64,000 nucleotides of DNA, from assembly GCA_002104945.1 (NCBI GenBank), contig MCFH01000010.1, forward strand, positions 1,054,001 to 1,118,000, given 5' to 3'. Each line of letters opens with the position of its first letter. Positions within the stretch are counted from its first letter, which is position 1. The DNA comes from Piromyces finnis finn (Eukaryota; Fungi; Neocallimastigomycota). The translations under genes were made by a program, and so were the position numbers. This document shows positions 55,001 through 64,000 of the stretch, piece by piece. Under the pieces are notes generated by a model, which saw only the letters and a list, made by a program, of their open reading frames with translations, was not told the origin of the DNA and did not search any database.

Positions 55001-56802
55001 CCAATTTTTGCAGTTTTCTTGATCCATTTCCAGACCTTCTTAGGATTATGACTCTTCATATACTCACATCCTGTTTTAATCCAATGAAGATATTCTTGCT
55101 TCCTAAATTCATTACATCTTTTGTGGATGTAATCAATGAGCTTACGGTAGATTTTAATTCTTTTAATAAATTCATCTATATCATAAATTCTTTCTTTTTT
55201 AAATCTCTTATACAACTTCATTTTGATTTTTTGGAGATTAAAAATTTGTTGTGAAATATGAAATGAAGACTTTATAACATTATTTGCTGAGGTAATACTG
55301 AGCTCGTCTGCAATTGAAAAAGCAGTTGAAGTAAATTCTTTGGAAAGATCATCTGTAGAAACATTAGGATCGTTGAATTTTGCTGAAAGTATTTGGAATT
55401 TATTATGACTGAGAATAGATTCCTTTTCCTCAATACATTTTAATCTATTCCATTTCAGAATTTTCTTAGGAACATTAAAGTCATTAGAAAAACCTTCCAT
55501 AGGAATAATTTTACCATTAATAAGAAGTGGCTTATGGTCTGATACAGGATAAAAATTATTTATAAATGATCCTGAGTGAATAAGATCTTTCATCTTCGAA
55601 TTGATAAGAGCATGGTCAATGTCGGAAGATTGATCACCTCGAGTCCAAGAGATAGTAGACCCTCTAAGCGGAAGAATTTCCCAATCTCCTAATCCATTAG
55701 TTGATAACCAGTTGGATAATTTTACTTTAGACATATTAAAATCACCAACAAGAATCGATGGATGGGATGAATGAGTTTGTAACCACAAGCGAACTTCTAA
55801 CTTTGCATGATCAACATAGACGTTGTGATGACTATGAGGCATATAAACATTTCCAATCGAGCATTTGAATCTATTCCAGAGACTAAAAGTATAAATAGAA
55901 ATAATATACTTTCCAGAGAAGTTTTCAAGTGAGGCTTGACACGAATTGTGAAAACCTAAATATAAACCTCTCATTCCAGGAACTGATTCGTCAGCTTTCT
56001 TGAAAAAGTGTCTATAATTTCGCAAAGTAACACGACAAGGATAATCTGTATTCGATCCAGAACCATTACCAGTTTCTTGGAAACATAAAAATAATGGTTT
56101 GAAAATAGCTGTGAAATAGCTAATACTATCTCTCTTTTCATGATTCCACCCATTGGTGTTCCAACTAAGACAAAAAGAAAAGTTATCAGGCTTGTTGGAT
56201 GAGGAAGAATCGTTGCTATTATTATTATTATTATTAAGGTCACCATTATTAATGGATGATGCATCAGAGGAATAAGTAGAACTATTACTAGATGGCTGTG
56301 AAACTGAAGAACTATCAACTATTGAACTGTTATCAGAGTTGATAGAGCTATTAGAATTAATTGTTGAATGTTAAGATTGAAATTGTGTTTGCTGTAGATC
56401 TGGAATATTTTCATGATGGAAAACTTGTTGAAGATCTTGTTGAAGATCTTGTTGAAGATCGGATTGTTGATGAGATTGTTGAACTGATTGTTGAAATGAT
56501 TGTTGAATAGAATATTGATGTTTATTAGAAACTAAAATTTTACGTTTGAGTGTGGAAAAAGTGTATTTGTGATTCCTTCTACTACGAGCTGAAAAGGAAA
56601 TTGAGGTAACTGAAAGTTTCTTCTTTAACATGTGTAAGATTTTAATACAATCTTTCGATGAACCATGAACCTTGACTAAGAAAAAGTGATCATTGAAAGT
56701 CTGAAAATATTTAACACTAATAACTGAATTAAATTTATCTTCTAGAATAACCTCGAGTTTTTCCCATAGCATATTTACTGACCATGATCGAATACCACGG
56801 AT
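52078..56802 (-). mobile_element. Non-LTR retrotransposon (APE-RT), element 1, 5'-truncated and inactivated
   Basis: Interrupted poly(A) tail (T-tract at about 52078-52118), 13-bp TSD, APE motifs (WNTNG, FQE, GDFN, IDH, SDH), RT motifs (GPDGIP, DLRKAYD, QGCPLSP, LFADD, YLG) and CPCCKC..H....C knuckle. Confidence 0.93.
52357..56802 (-). pseudogene. Element 1 polyprotein frame with two in-frame stops
   Basis: ORF-track pieces 56371-56772, 54916-56025 and 52357-54816 are all in one frame, open from the first base of the element and interrupted only by TAA at 56371-56373 and TGA at 54916-54918. Confidence 0.9.
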
Positions 56803-56826
56803 AAAATATATAATAAGTCATGTATA

Positions 56827-56860
<34 letters not shown>

Positions 56861-56966
56861 TTTTTTTAGTATTTTGTAACTTTATTTATTAATATTTAAT
56901 TAAATATATATTAAAAGAAAATTTTCTATAATTTCTTTTTATATTAATGAATAAAATATAAATACT

Positions 56967-56976
56967 AAATCATATA

Positions 56977-56980
<4 letters not shown>
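56967..56980. repeat. Target-site duplication of element 2 (left copy; right copy at 62757-62770)
   Basis: AAATCATATAATAT occurs exactly at the end of the T-tract and again at 62757-62770. Confidence 0.85.
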
Positions 56981-57014
<34 letters not shown>

Positions 57015-57065
57015 CTAGGAAGAGAATACACATCTTTTATTTATTTACTTACTTAATTAGTGATA

Positions 57066-60000
57066 TTACATAATATTAGGTGATAATACATATTGATAAT
57101 GATATAATAAATAATAAATAAAAATAATAAAATATATATAAATAAAAATATAAATATAAAAAAATATAAAATAATTATTTAAGTTGCATAAAAGTTCAAT
57201 GAACTCTGCAATTTGTACTGTGTGGGATTGGTCCCTACCTAATAAATTAAATGAAATAAAAAAAAGAAGTAACATCAGGTATGATAGTGTGGTGTCCACT
57301 AAACTCTCCCATGAGTTCATAATGTTTTCATTCGAATTTGAGGAAATACTAACATTGAACCCTGTGTACGGAACATTGGAAATGTTCCTTTGCCATATCG
57401 GTACGACGTCGGCGCTCTTGATTACGTTAGGTGTCTTACTAAACCTATCAAAAAGTAGCTTCATAGAGCTACTAATGATAGGGATTGTTTTAGTAAGAAA
57501 AGCCGCGAGACCCTCTACATATGGAACATGAGACCCCGATGAACTGTAAAGCTGTTCATTCAAATGTCTTTGTTCCGCCTTATCGATTTGTAGCTCATCA
57601 TAAGCTAAAGTTCCACCAAGAAGGAACGTAAAAATATAGTTATAAATTATTTTTCTTACTTCCGTTTCGGGGAGTAAGTATGTGATGAATTGATTCTTAT
57701 ATTTATTGTAAAAAAGGGTAAAAAGATCGTCAAGAAAGCTAAGTGAAGAAGCTCTGTATTCAGAGAATGCAGAACATTCTAATATCCAATGGTAAAAAGA
57801 TTGTTCGTCATATCCGCAACATGGACAGACACGAGGGCAGTCAGGAGTAACTCTATTACTGGCAATAGCAATTCGGGTAGTATTTTCATAACCGCATCGA
57901 ATACGAATAATCCAGGTAATTCCTAAATTTAAGTGAGGTTTGTTGAGACCGATATGCATTAGGCGATTTGAATTAAGGAATTTGTTGTTAGTATATCTGA
58001 GGGCTTTACTTCCATTATTTAGGCTACTATTATTCCAATAATATTCTCTAATATCTTTAGTACTTTTAATATTTATTTTCATAAGCTTCTTATGTAGTGA
58101 ACAAGATTCTTTGGCCCAAGAGTAATGAGACATGGGAGGAATAGATCGGACGAGATCTTTAATTATACAATTTGATTTTCTCCATTTAACAAAGCATTTC
58201 ACTTGTTGCGCAGCACAAATACCTGAAAGGGTAGGGATCTTCATATCTCTTGTAAGAGCATACAGACTAATAAATGAATTTCGTTCAAAAACAAAATCTT
58301 TGTTATTAAAACTTTTATTGTGAAAGCTATTGACACTCCATAAAACAGCAGTATTGATAAGAGATTGGACTCTTCTAGTTCTATTTTTGTTGGAACCAAG
58401 CAAAGGAGCATAATAAGAGACTTTGCTTAAAATATAAGAATGAATTACTATGTTTTTTAAGCCAATAGGAACACAATTGTTGGTGAGGAAGTTCTTAAAA
58501 GAGAATAAAGAATTCTGAACTTTTTTGTACATATTAGACAGAATAGGAGTCAAAGAAAGATCTTCGTCGAATGGGATTCCAAGATAAGTATAGCAAGAAA
58601 CCTTTGGAATCGAGTACATACCGATGTAAAATGTTGGGTCGACATAACTAGGGGATCTATTAAAGTTGATAGGTTTAACAACAATAGTTGCACATTTATT
58701 TATTCCAAAAGACATTTCATTTAAATTAGCCCAATCAAGGACTAGATTGAGCATCTTTTGAAGGTTCTTCTTACTAGGAGCAATCAAAACAATGTCATCA
58801 GCGAAAAGGCCACCACAACAACGTTTATTACCTAAGCTAACTCCAAGCCTTTCACATTTATTTAAAATATCATTGATAAAGAGGTTAAACAGTATAGGAG
58901 AAAGAGGACATCCTTGTCTTACACCACGGTTTATAGGGAATTCATTGGAAAGCATATCCAAGAAACGTGCACGAGCTTTAGAGGTAGAGTAGAGATTATT
59001 GAGAAAATCAAAACATTTACCACGTATACCTAATTTATATAACTTTGTAAGGATATTAAAAATAGGAACTGAGTCGTATGCTTTTTTAAGGTCTAGAAAG
59101 GCGACATAAGTGGCTTTTCCTTTAAATTTCCTTCTTTGACAGATTTCTCTAATGGAAATAAATAAGCTAATACATTCTTCTTTATTGCGAAAACCAAATT
59201 GCTCAGGTCTTATAAAATTATGAGAAAGAGCATACTTTGAAATTCTATTAGTTACAATTTTTGAAATAATTTTAAGACCTACATTGATGAGAGAAATACC
59301 ACGATAATTATTACAGTCTGAAAGATCGCCTTTCTTTGGAATAGAAACAATGGAAGCAGAGTTCCATTTCAAAGGAAAGGAACCATTCCAGATTTTATTA
59401 AAAATTAATTTAAGACAATTTCCAGCAGACTTATGTTCTTTCTCCAGTTCTTCGTTACAAAAGAAAGCTTTGAAAAATTCAATTGGGATACCATCGGGAC
59501 CTGGAGCCTTGTTATTCTTCATTGACAGAACAACATTTCTAATTTCCTCAATAGAAATGGGACCATTTATATCCCATGCTATTTGATTGATATGGTTGAA
59601 TTGGAAGGCTCTTTCCCAGTAACCACGATTTAAGCTGTGATTTGTAACATCAGATGCAAGATTTTCATAATGTTCAGCCCAACGTTTTAATTGTTCTTGA
59701 GGAGTAAATAAATCCTTGCCATTCTTGTCCTTAATAGTTGAAACATGGGAGGACGAATAACTTGGTTTGGCAAGTTTTTTAAGGCCTTTCCAACCTTGTC
59801 TAAAGCTTTTATCAATAAAATGTTTACCGATAGAAACAATATTAGCTTTATAGAGATTGGATCTGAATTTGCTCTTAACCTTTTTGATGGTATTACATAG
59901 ATTTTGGTATATGGAGAACTGGTTAAGATAATTTTCCATGTCAGCGCAATCTGAAAGGGGCTTAATATTTTTGTAAGCCAGGTGTTTTTCATGTGATAAG

Positions 60001-61364
60001 TTTTTGATGTATTGAGGGCAATGGAATGCTGGACCTTTTAAATCTGCAGGCACAATGGCTTTTATTTCTTTACCTATAGTTTTGGAAGTATCTAAAAATC
60101 TTGAAACCATATCGTCAGCCGAAAGGCTATCACAATTAGCTTCAAGCTCGGAAGCTAGAACAGCAAAGCGATTACTAGTAAGAATGTCAGAACACTTTGT
60201 GTTACAGATATGACTTGACCACTTAAAGGTCTTCTTAGGCTTTTTGAAACCATCCGAAGAGTCTTTTTTACAAGACACAAGGATCGGTTTGTGATCAGAA
60301 ACATCGTGGAAAACTTCACAAACTGAAGATTTGTTTATGTGTTCTGTCATAGCTTTGTTGTATATAATATGATCAATGCATGAAGATTTAGATCCTTTTT
60401 CCCAGGTAAAATTATTACCAGTTAACTCAGCCATAGTCCAATCCGGGAAGTGTTGTGATATATAAGATTTGATTTTAATAGCTGACATATTAAAGTCTCC
60501 TACAAGGATAGCTGGGTGGTTGAATTTGTTATGCGTTGTTAACCACTTATCAAGTTCATCAAAGGCAATTAATCTAGCATCCGGCCATCTAGTTTGCGGG
60601 AAGTAAATATTACCAATGGTACATCTCTGGTTCCAAAATGACAATATTGTAACTGAAATGATGTACTTATATAGAAGAGGTTCAGGAGTAAAGGAACAAG
60701 AATTATGAACACCAATGTAAAGTCCTCTCATACCTGGAACTTTAGGATTAGCACGTCTGTGTACTGGTTTATAGTTCGGTAGGCATGGGGAGGAAATTGC
60801 ATTACCACAGAGGAATTGGCTGTTACCTACTTCTTGAAGACAGACACATACAGGTTTGAAAACAGAGATGAAGTATAAAACACCGTCCTTTTTCTCCGGG
60901 TTCCAACCATTGATGTTCCAACAAGTACATAAGTTGAAAAAGGAAGCATTAGAGCTTAGATGACTAAAATAGAAATCGTCAGAGAGTGGACCAGTAGTAG
61001 ATTTGATAGATCGTTTGTTTTTGTATGATCTATTGTTTTTGAGCTTATCAATGAATTTCCAAGATATTTTACTAGAGATTGGGAGTTTTTCAGAAAGTGA
61101 GTGTATAAGTAACATGGCTTTAAGCGGACATTTTCCATTGACTTTAAGAATGAAATAGATACCGAGTGATTGTGAATATTTTTTGGTGAGGGATTGAAGA
61201 ATATCATTGAAAGGTTGAATGTCCTTTAAAAGAAATTCCATTAGTCGTTGTTTTGACCATGAACTAAGATCATGGATAAAAATTAGATATGATTTATTGG
61301 AGTTAGATCCGAAGAAACGAAGACCACGTCGTAAGGTAGGTACAGTACAATTGGTATTGTTCAT
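57066..61364 (-). CDS. Element 2 polyprotein: N-terminal domain + AP endonuclease + reverse transcriptase + CCHC knuckle
   Basis: CWNINGW, LQEVG, GNIYFP, LVGDFN, IDHII, SDHKP; KAPGPDGIP, NYRGISL, FLDLKKAYD, VRQGCPLSPILFNLFI, LFADD, YTYLG; CPCCGYDEQSFYHWILEC. Confidence 0.96.
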   Translation of the reverse strand: MNNTNCTVPTLRRGLRFFGSNSNKSYLIFIHDLSSWSKQRLMEFLLKDIQPFNDILQSLTKKYSQSLGIYFILKVNGKCPLKAMLLIHSLSEKLPISSKISWKFIDKLKNNRSYKNKRSIKSTTGPLSDDFYFSHLSSNASFFNLCTCWNINGWNPEKKDGVLYFISVFKPVCVCLQEVGNSQFLCGNAISSPCLPNYKPVHRRANPKVPGMRGLYIGVHNSCSFTPEPLLYKYIISVTILSFWNQRCTIGNIYFPQTRWPDARLIAFDELDKWLTTHNKFNHPAILVGDFNMSAIKIKSYISQHFPDWTMAELTGNNFTWEKGSKSSCIDHIIYNKAMTEHINKSSVCEVFHDVSDHKPILVSCKKDSSDGFKKPKKTFKWSSHICNTKCSDILTSNRFAVLASELEANCDSLSADDMVSRFLDTSKTIGKEIKAIVPADLKGPAFHCPQYIKNLSHEKHLAYKNIKPLSDCADMENYLNQFSIYQNLCNTIKKVKSKFRSNLYKANIVSIGKHFIDKSFRQGWKGLKKLAKPSYSSSHVSTIKDKNGKDLFTPQEQLKRWAEHYENLASDVTNHSLNRGYWERAFQFNHINQIAWDINGPISIEEIRNVVLSMKNNKAPGPDGIPIEFFKAFFCNEELEKEHKSAGNCLKLIFNKIWNGSFPLKWNSASIVSIPKKGDLSDCNNYRGISLINVGLKIISKIVTNRISKYALSHNFIRPEQFGFRNKEECISLFISIREICQRRKFKGKATYVAFLDLKKAYDSVPIFNILTKLYKLGIRGKCFDFLNNLYSTSKARARFLDMLSNEFPINRGVRQGCPLSPILFNLFINDILNKCERLGVSLGNKRCCGGLFADDIVLIAPSKKNLQKMLNLVLDWANLNEMSFGINKCATIVVKPINFNRSPSYVDPTFYIGMYSIPKVSCYTYLGIPFDEDLSLTPILSNMYKKVQNSLFSFKNFLTNNCVPIGLKNIVIHSYILSKVSYYAPLLGSNKNRTRRVQSLINTAVLWSVNSFHNKSFNNKDFVFERNSFISLYALTRDMKIPTLSGICAAQQVKCFVKWRKSNCIIKDLVRSIPPMSHYSWAKESCSLHKKLMKINIKSTKDIREYYWNNSSLNNGSKALRYTNNKFLNSNRLMHIGLNKPHLNLGITWIIRIRCGYENTTRIAIASNRVTPDCPRVCPCCGYDEQSFYHWILECSAFSEYRASSLSFLDDLFTLFYNKYKNQFITYLLPETEVRKIIYNYIFTFLLGGTLAYDELQIDKAEQRHLNEQLYSSSGSHVPYVEGLAAFLTKTIPIISSSMKLLFDRFSKTPNVIKSADVVPIWQRNISNVPYTGFNVSISSNSNENIMNSWESLVDTTLSYLMLLLFFISFNLLGRDQSHTVQIAEFIELLCNLNNYFIFFYIYIFIYIYFIIFIYYLLYHYQYVLSPNIM

Positions 61365-62595
61365 TTTGAAAGAACTTATTATGACAATAGATATTAATAG
61401 TTTGAAGTATTGATATAATGATATAAATAAGATAATGAAATAAAATATATAGTAAAATAAAAATAATAATAGTAAAGACGGATATATTATATAGCAAGTG
61501 GATTATTTGTCAAACAATATTTTAAATTTATAACTGGAAAAGTGGCTAAGTTGTTGACAAACTTAGTTCTAACTCTACTGAAGACTTTAAACGGGAAGAT
61601 AAATTTTGAATATCTATCACTTTGGATTTCTGTATTATAACTGTATTTTGAAAGCTCTTTATATTAATAAGAATTGTATAATTTATTGGATGATTATTGT
61701 ATTGTGTTGATTCTGATTGTTGAAATTGAACATTCATATAGGTTGTTTATGTTGTAAGGTAGAGAGATAATAAGAGTGAAAAGTTGTTATATCAAAAATA
61801 ATGGAAAAAAGTTGAAGAATTTTGGGTAAACATAATAAAATTTTTTTTTTTTTTTAAAGATAAAATTGAAACAAGAGTAGTATTTACAATATAAAAATAG
61901 AATACTCGATTTTCCAGGATAGAAGCTTTGATAATAGAAATGTTAAAGAAAAAAAGGTGTTAATACTTACCATAATAGTCCATAATAAACCTAATTAAGT
62001 TATACAGATATATAAATATACATATAATATAAAGTATAAGAAATATATATATATAGAAAAGAGATAGAAAAAGTATACAAAAGAATGTTAGTAGAAAAGA
62101 GATTCCTTGGAAAATCTAGAGTTACAAAAAAATAAGAAATAAAAAAAGATATTACTAGAATCATATAAAATCATAAAGGAAAAATAAAAAAGCCGCGCCC
62201 CTCGAAAATAATAAAAATAGAAAAAATAAAAGATTAAATATGATTATAGTAATGAAAGCTGCACCCCACAAGAAACTCAAGAATAAATGAAAGGAATAAC
62301 CAACTAACTGAAAAAACAAAACTATCTGACTAATCAACATATAAAGAATAAAAAAGGAATAAAAGAACAAAGAGAATAAGTAGTAAACTGGGATAACAAA
62401 TTATCGATGAAAGCTAAAATAAAAATGAAATCAAGAAATATTCAAAATCAGTATTTAATACTACCGAATCAAACAATTTTAAGTTTAAAATAATATGTTA
62501 TAAAAGTTGTTAAAGCAACTACTATCTAAAAAATAAGTTGAAGGTGTAAGGGATATATGATATAACAACTAACACTCAAATTATCAACTCTGTTC

Positions 62596-62718
62596 GCTCA
62601 GTACCATGAGCTTAGTCCTAATAATATTTCCAAATAAAGACTAACCAAGTATCCATTGCGCAATACTTGGATTTAATTCTTCCTACTCTCTCAGTACCAT
62701 GAGCATGAGTAGACCCCC
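62596..62718 (-). other. Multi-hairpin structured RNA at the 5' end of element 2
   Basis: Stems CTACTC/GAGTAG, CCAAGTAT/ATACTTGG, TTAGTC/GACTAA and GCTCA/TGAGC, plus a duplicated 15-mer. The RNA class is not identified. Confidence 0.65.
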
Positions 62719-63235
62719 TTGAGAAACTACATTTATTAAATAAATGAAGGCACGTAAAATCATATAATATAAAAATTCTTATTATCAAATACTATAACAT
62801 ATCTTTTCATATTATATTGAAATTATTATTTGTTAAGTTTTGAGTTATTTAATTATTTATATTTATATTTATATTTATATTTATTAATAATGTTTTGAAA
62901 TAGAAAAGAAAAAAAAAAAAAAAAAGATTTATATATTCTTTATTAATATACTTTTATTTTTTTTTTTTTTTTTTTTCGATTTTTTGTTTTGCTTTGTTTT
63001 TTTTTTTTTTAAAATTAAGTATTTTTCTATACTACATATCAATATATATTTTAATTAGAGATTTTTAATTCAATAATAATTAATAAATTAATATAAAAAA
63101 ATATTTTTCTTTCCATCTTTTAACATTTTTAAATTATAACTAGTAAATTAATTTAACTATAATAATAAAAAAAAAAAAAAAAAAAAAAAAACATTAAAGT
63201 TTTTAAATATTAAATAAAAAAAAATTCTAAAACAT

Positions 63236-63969
63236 CTAATTATTTTCCATGAAGAAATAGTTTCCACTTAATTTTTGTTCTTTATCCTTTAATGAATCAG
63301 CCTTGTTAATACGTGGTCTGAAGTTAGTTGGATCTCTACGGAAAGTAATTTCTAATGACTTTAAGAACTTATTCATACCAGTAAGAAGTGATTGTGGAGC
63401 ATTAGCAAGAGCATGTTTTGATGGTTGACCATCGTATACAATAACACGATCAGCTAAGTAAGTTGCCATAATAAAATCGTGTTCAACAATGAAAGCAGTC
63501 TTCTTAGCATGGAAGATAAATCTTTTAATAACCTTGGCTGCAATAATACGTTGTTCAGAATCAAGATAAGCAGATGGTTCATCAATAAGATAAATATCAG
63601 CAGCTTGACCAAGACATAAAATAATAGCAACACGTTGAAGTTCACCACCAGATAAAGTTTGAACATTTTGATCAAGAAGTTTATCAATATTCAATGGCTT
63701 AACAACATCAGTTTGGAATTGTGGATGCATAAACATTGACTTAATTTTCTTTAAAAGAAGCATTCTAACAGTACTTGGGAATTTTGGACTAATTTTTTGT
63801 GGTTTGTAACTAACATGTAATTCTGGTACTTGATCATCAGTATCTGACTTTAATAAACCAGCTAACATACGGATGAAAGTGGTCTTACCAGTACCATTTT
63901 GACCTAATAAAACAATGATTTCAGAATCTGTGAATTCACCACCTTCGATTTCTAATTTGAAGTTACCTA
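63236..63969 (-). CDS. RLI1: ABCE1/Rli1 ribosome-recycling ATPase, last exon (gene continues beyond window)
   Basis: [68 protein letters not shown]. Confidence 0.97.
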
Positions 63970-64000
63970 ATCAAACCATTATTTCAATTCAATTTTATTA

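Larger units (their letters stand above)
56981..62756 (-). mobile_element. Full-length non-LTR retrotransposon (APE-RT), element 2, apparently intact
   Basis: About 31-nt poly(A) tail (56981-57011) with AATAAA shortly upstream, 14-bp TSD, uninterrupted 1432-aa ORF and a leader of about 1.39 kb. Confidence 0.93.

Noticed and set aside
55971-56318. 115-aa ORF as a separate ORF of element 1
   Set aside because: The APE motifs (WNTNG, FQE) lie in the other frame, which is continuous with the main polyprotein.
57184-61497. Short ORFs overlapping element 2 (57184-57531, 58132-58323, 58792-58992, 59350-59586, 59687-59992, 60956-61207, 61219-61413, 61303-61497)
   Set aside because: Shadow frames of the RT ORF or AT-rich noise with no recognisable motifs.
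62597-62704. CRISPR-like repeat-spacer-repeat
   Set aside because: Only two 15-bp copies, eukaryotic context and no cas genes.
62596-62718. Hammerhead, HDV-like ribozyme or tRNA call for the hairpin module
   Set aside because: No CUGAUGA/GAAA core, no HDV P1/L3 pairing could be completed, and no acceptor stem, T-arm or proper B-box was found.

Overview
Extremely AT-rich, intron-rich eukaryotic DNA. Fungal-type genes (RVS167, DBF2/Sid2, CMK) occur together with ciliary genes (tectonic, INPP5E), which points to a flagellated early-diverging fungus, most likely an anaerobic gut fungus (Neocallimastigomycota); this is inference. Host genes in order: RVS167 (partial), SNX3, DBF2, an orphan single-pass membrane protein, CaMK, a USP, tectonic, a PUDP/HDHD1-like HAD phosphatase, an HMG-box protein, INPP5E with a giant poly-Asn N-terminus, AFG2B/SPATA5L1, and RLI1 (partial). 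The most notable part is 52-62.8 kb, where two divergent APE-RT non-LTR retrotransposons sit in tandem and in the same orientation in the promoter of AFG2B. Each has its own poly(A) tail and target-site duplication, and the two targets match at 11 of 13 positions. The left copy is 5'-truncated with two in-frame stops. The right copy is full length and intact, with one 1432-aa ORF (RRM-like N-domain, APE, RT, CCHC). It also has a 1.4-kb leader that begins with a compact four-hairpin RNA structure and contains a candidate intron enclosing an upstream ORF. Exon boundaries were read by eye and may be off by a few bases.
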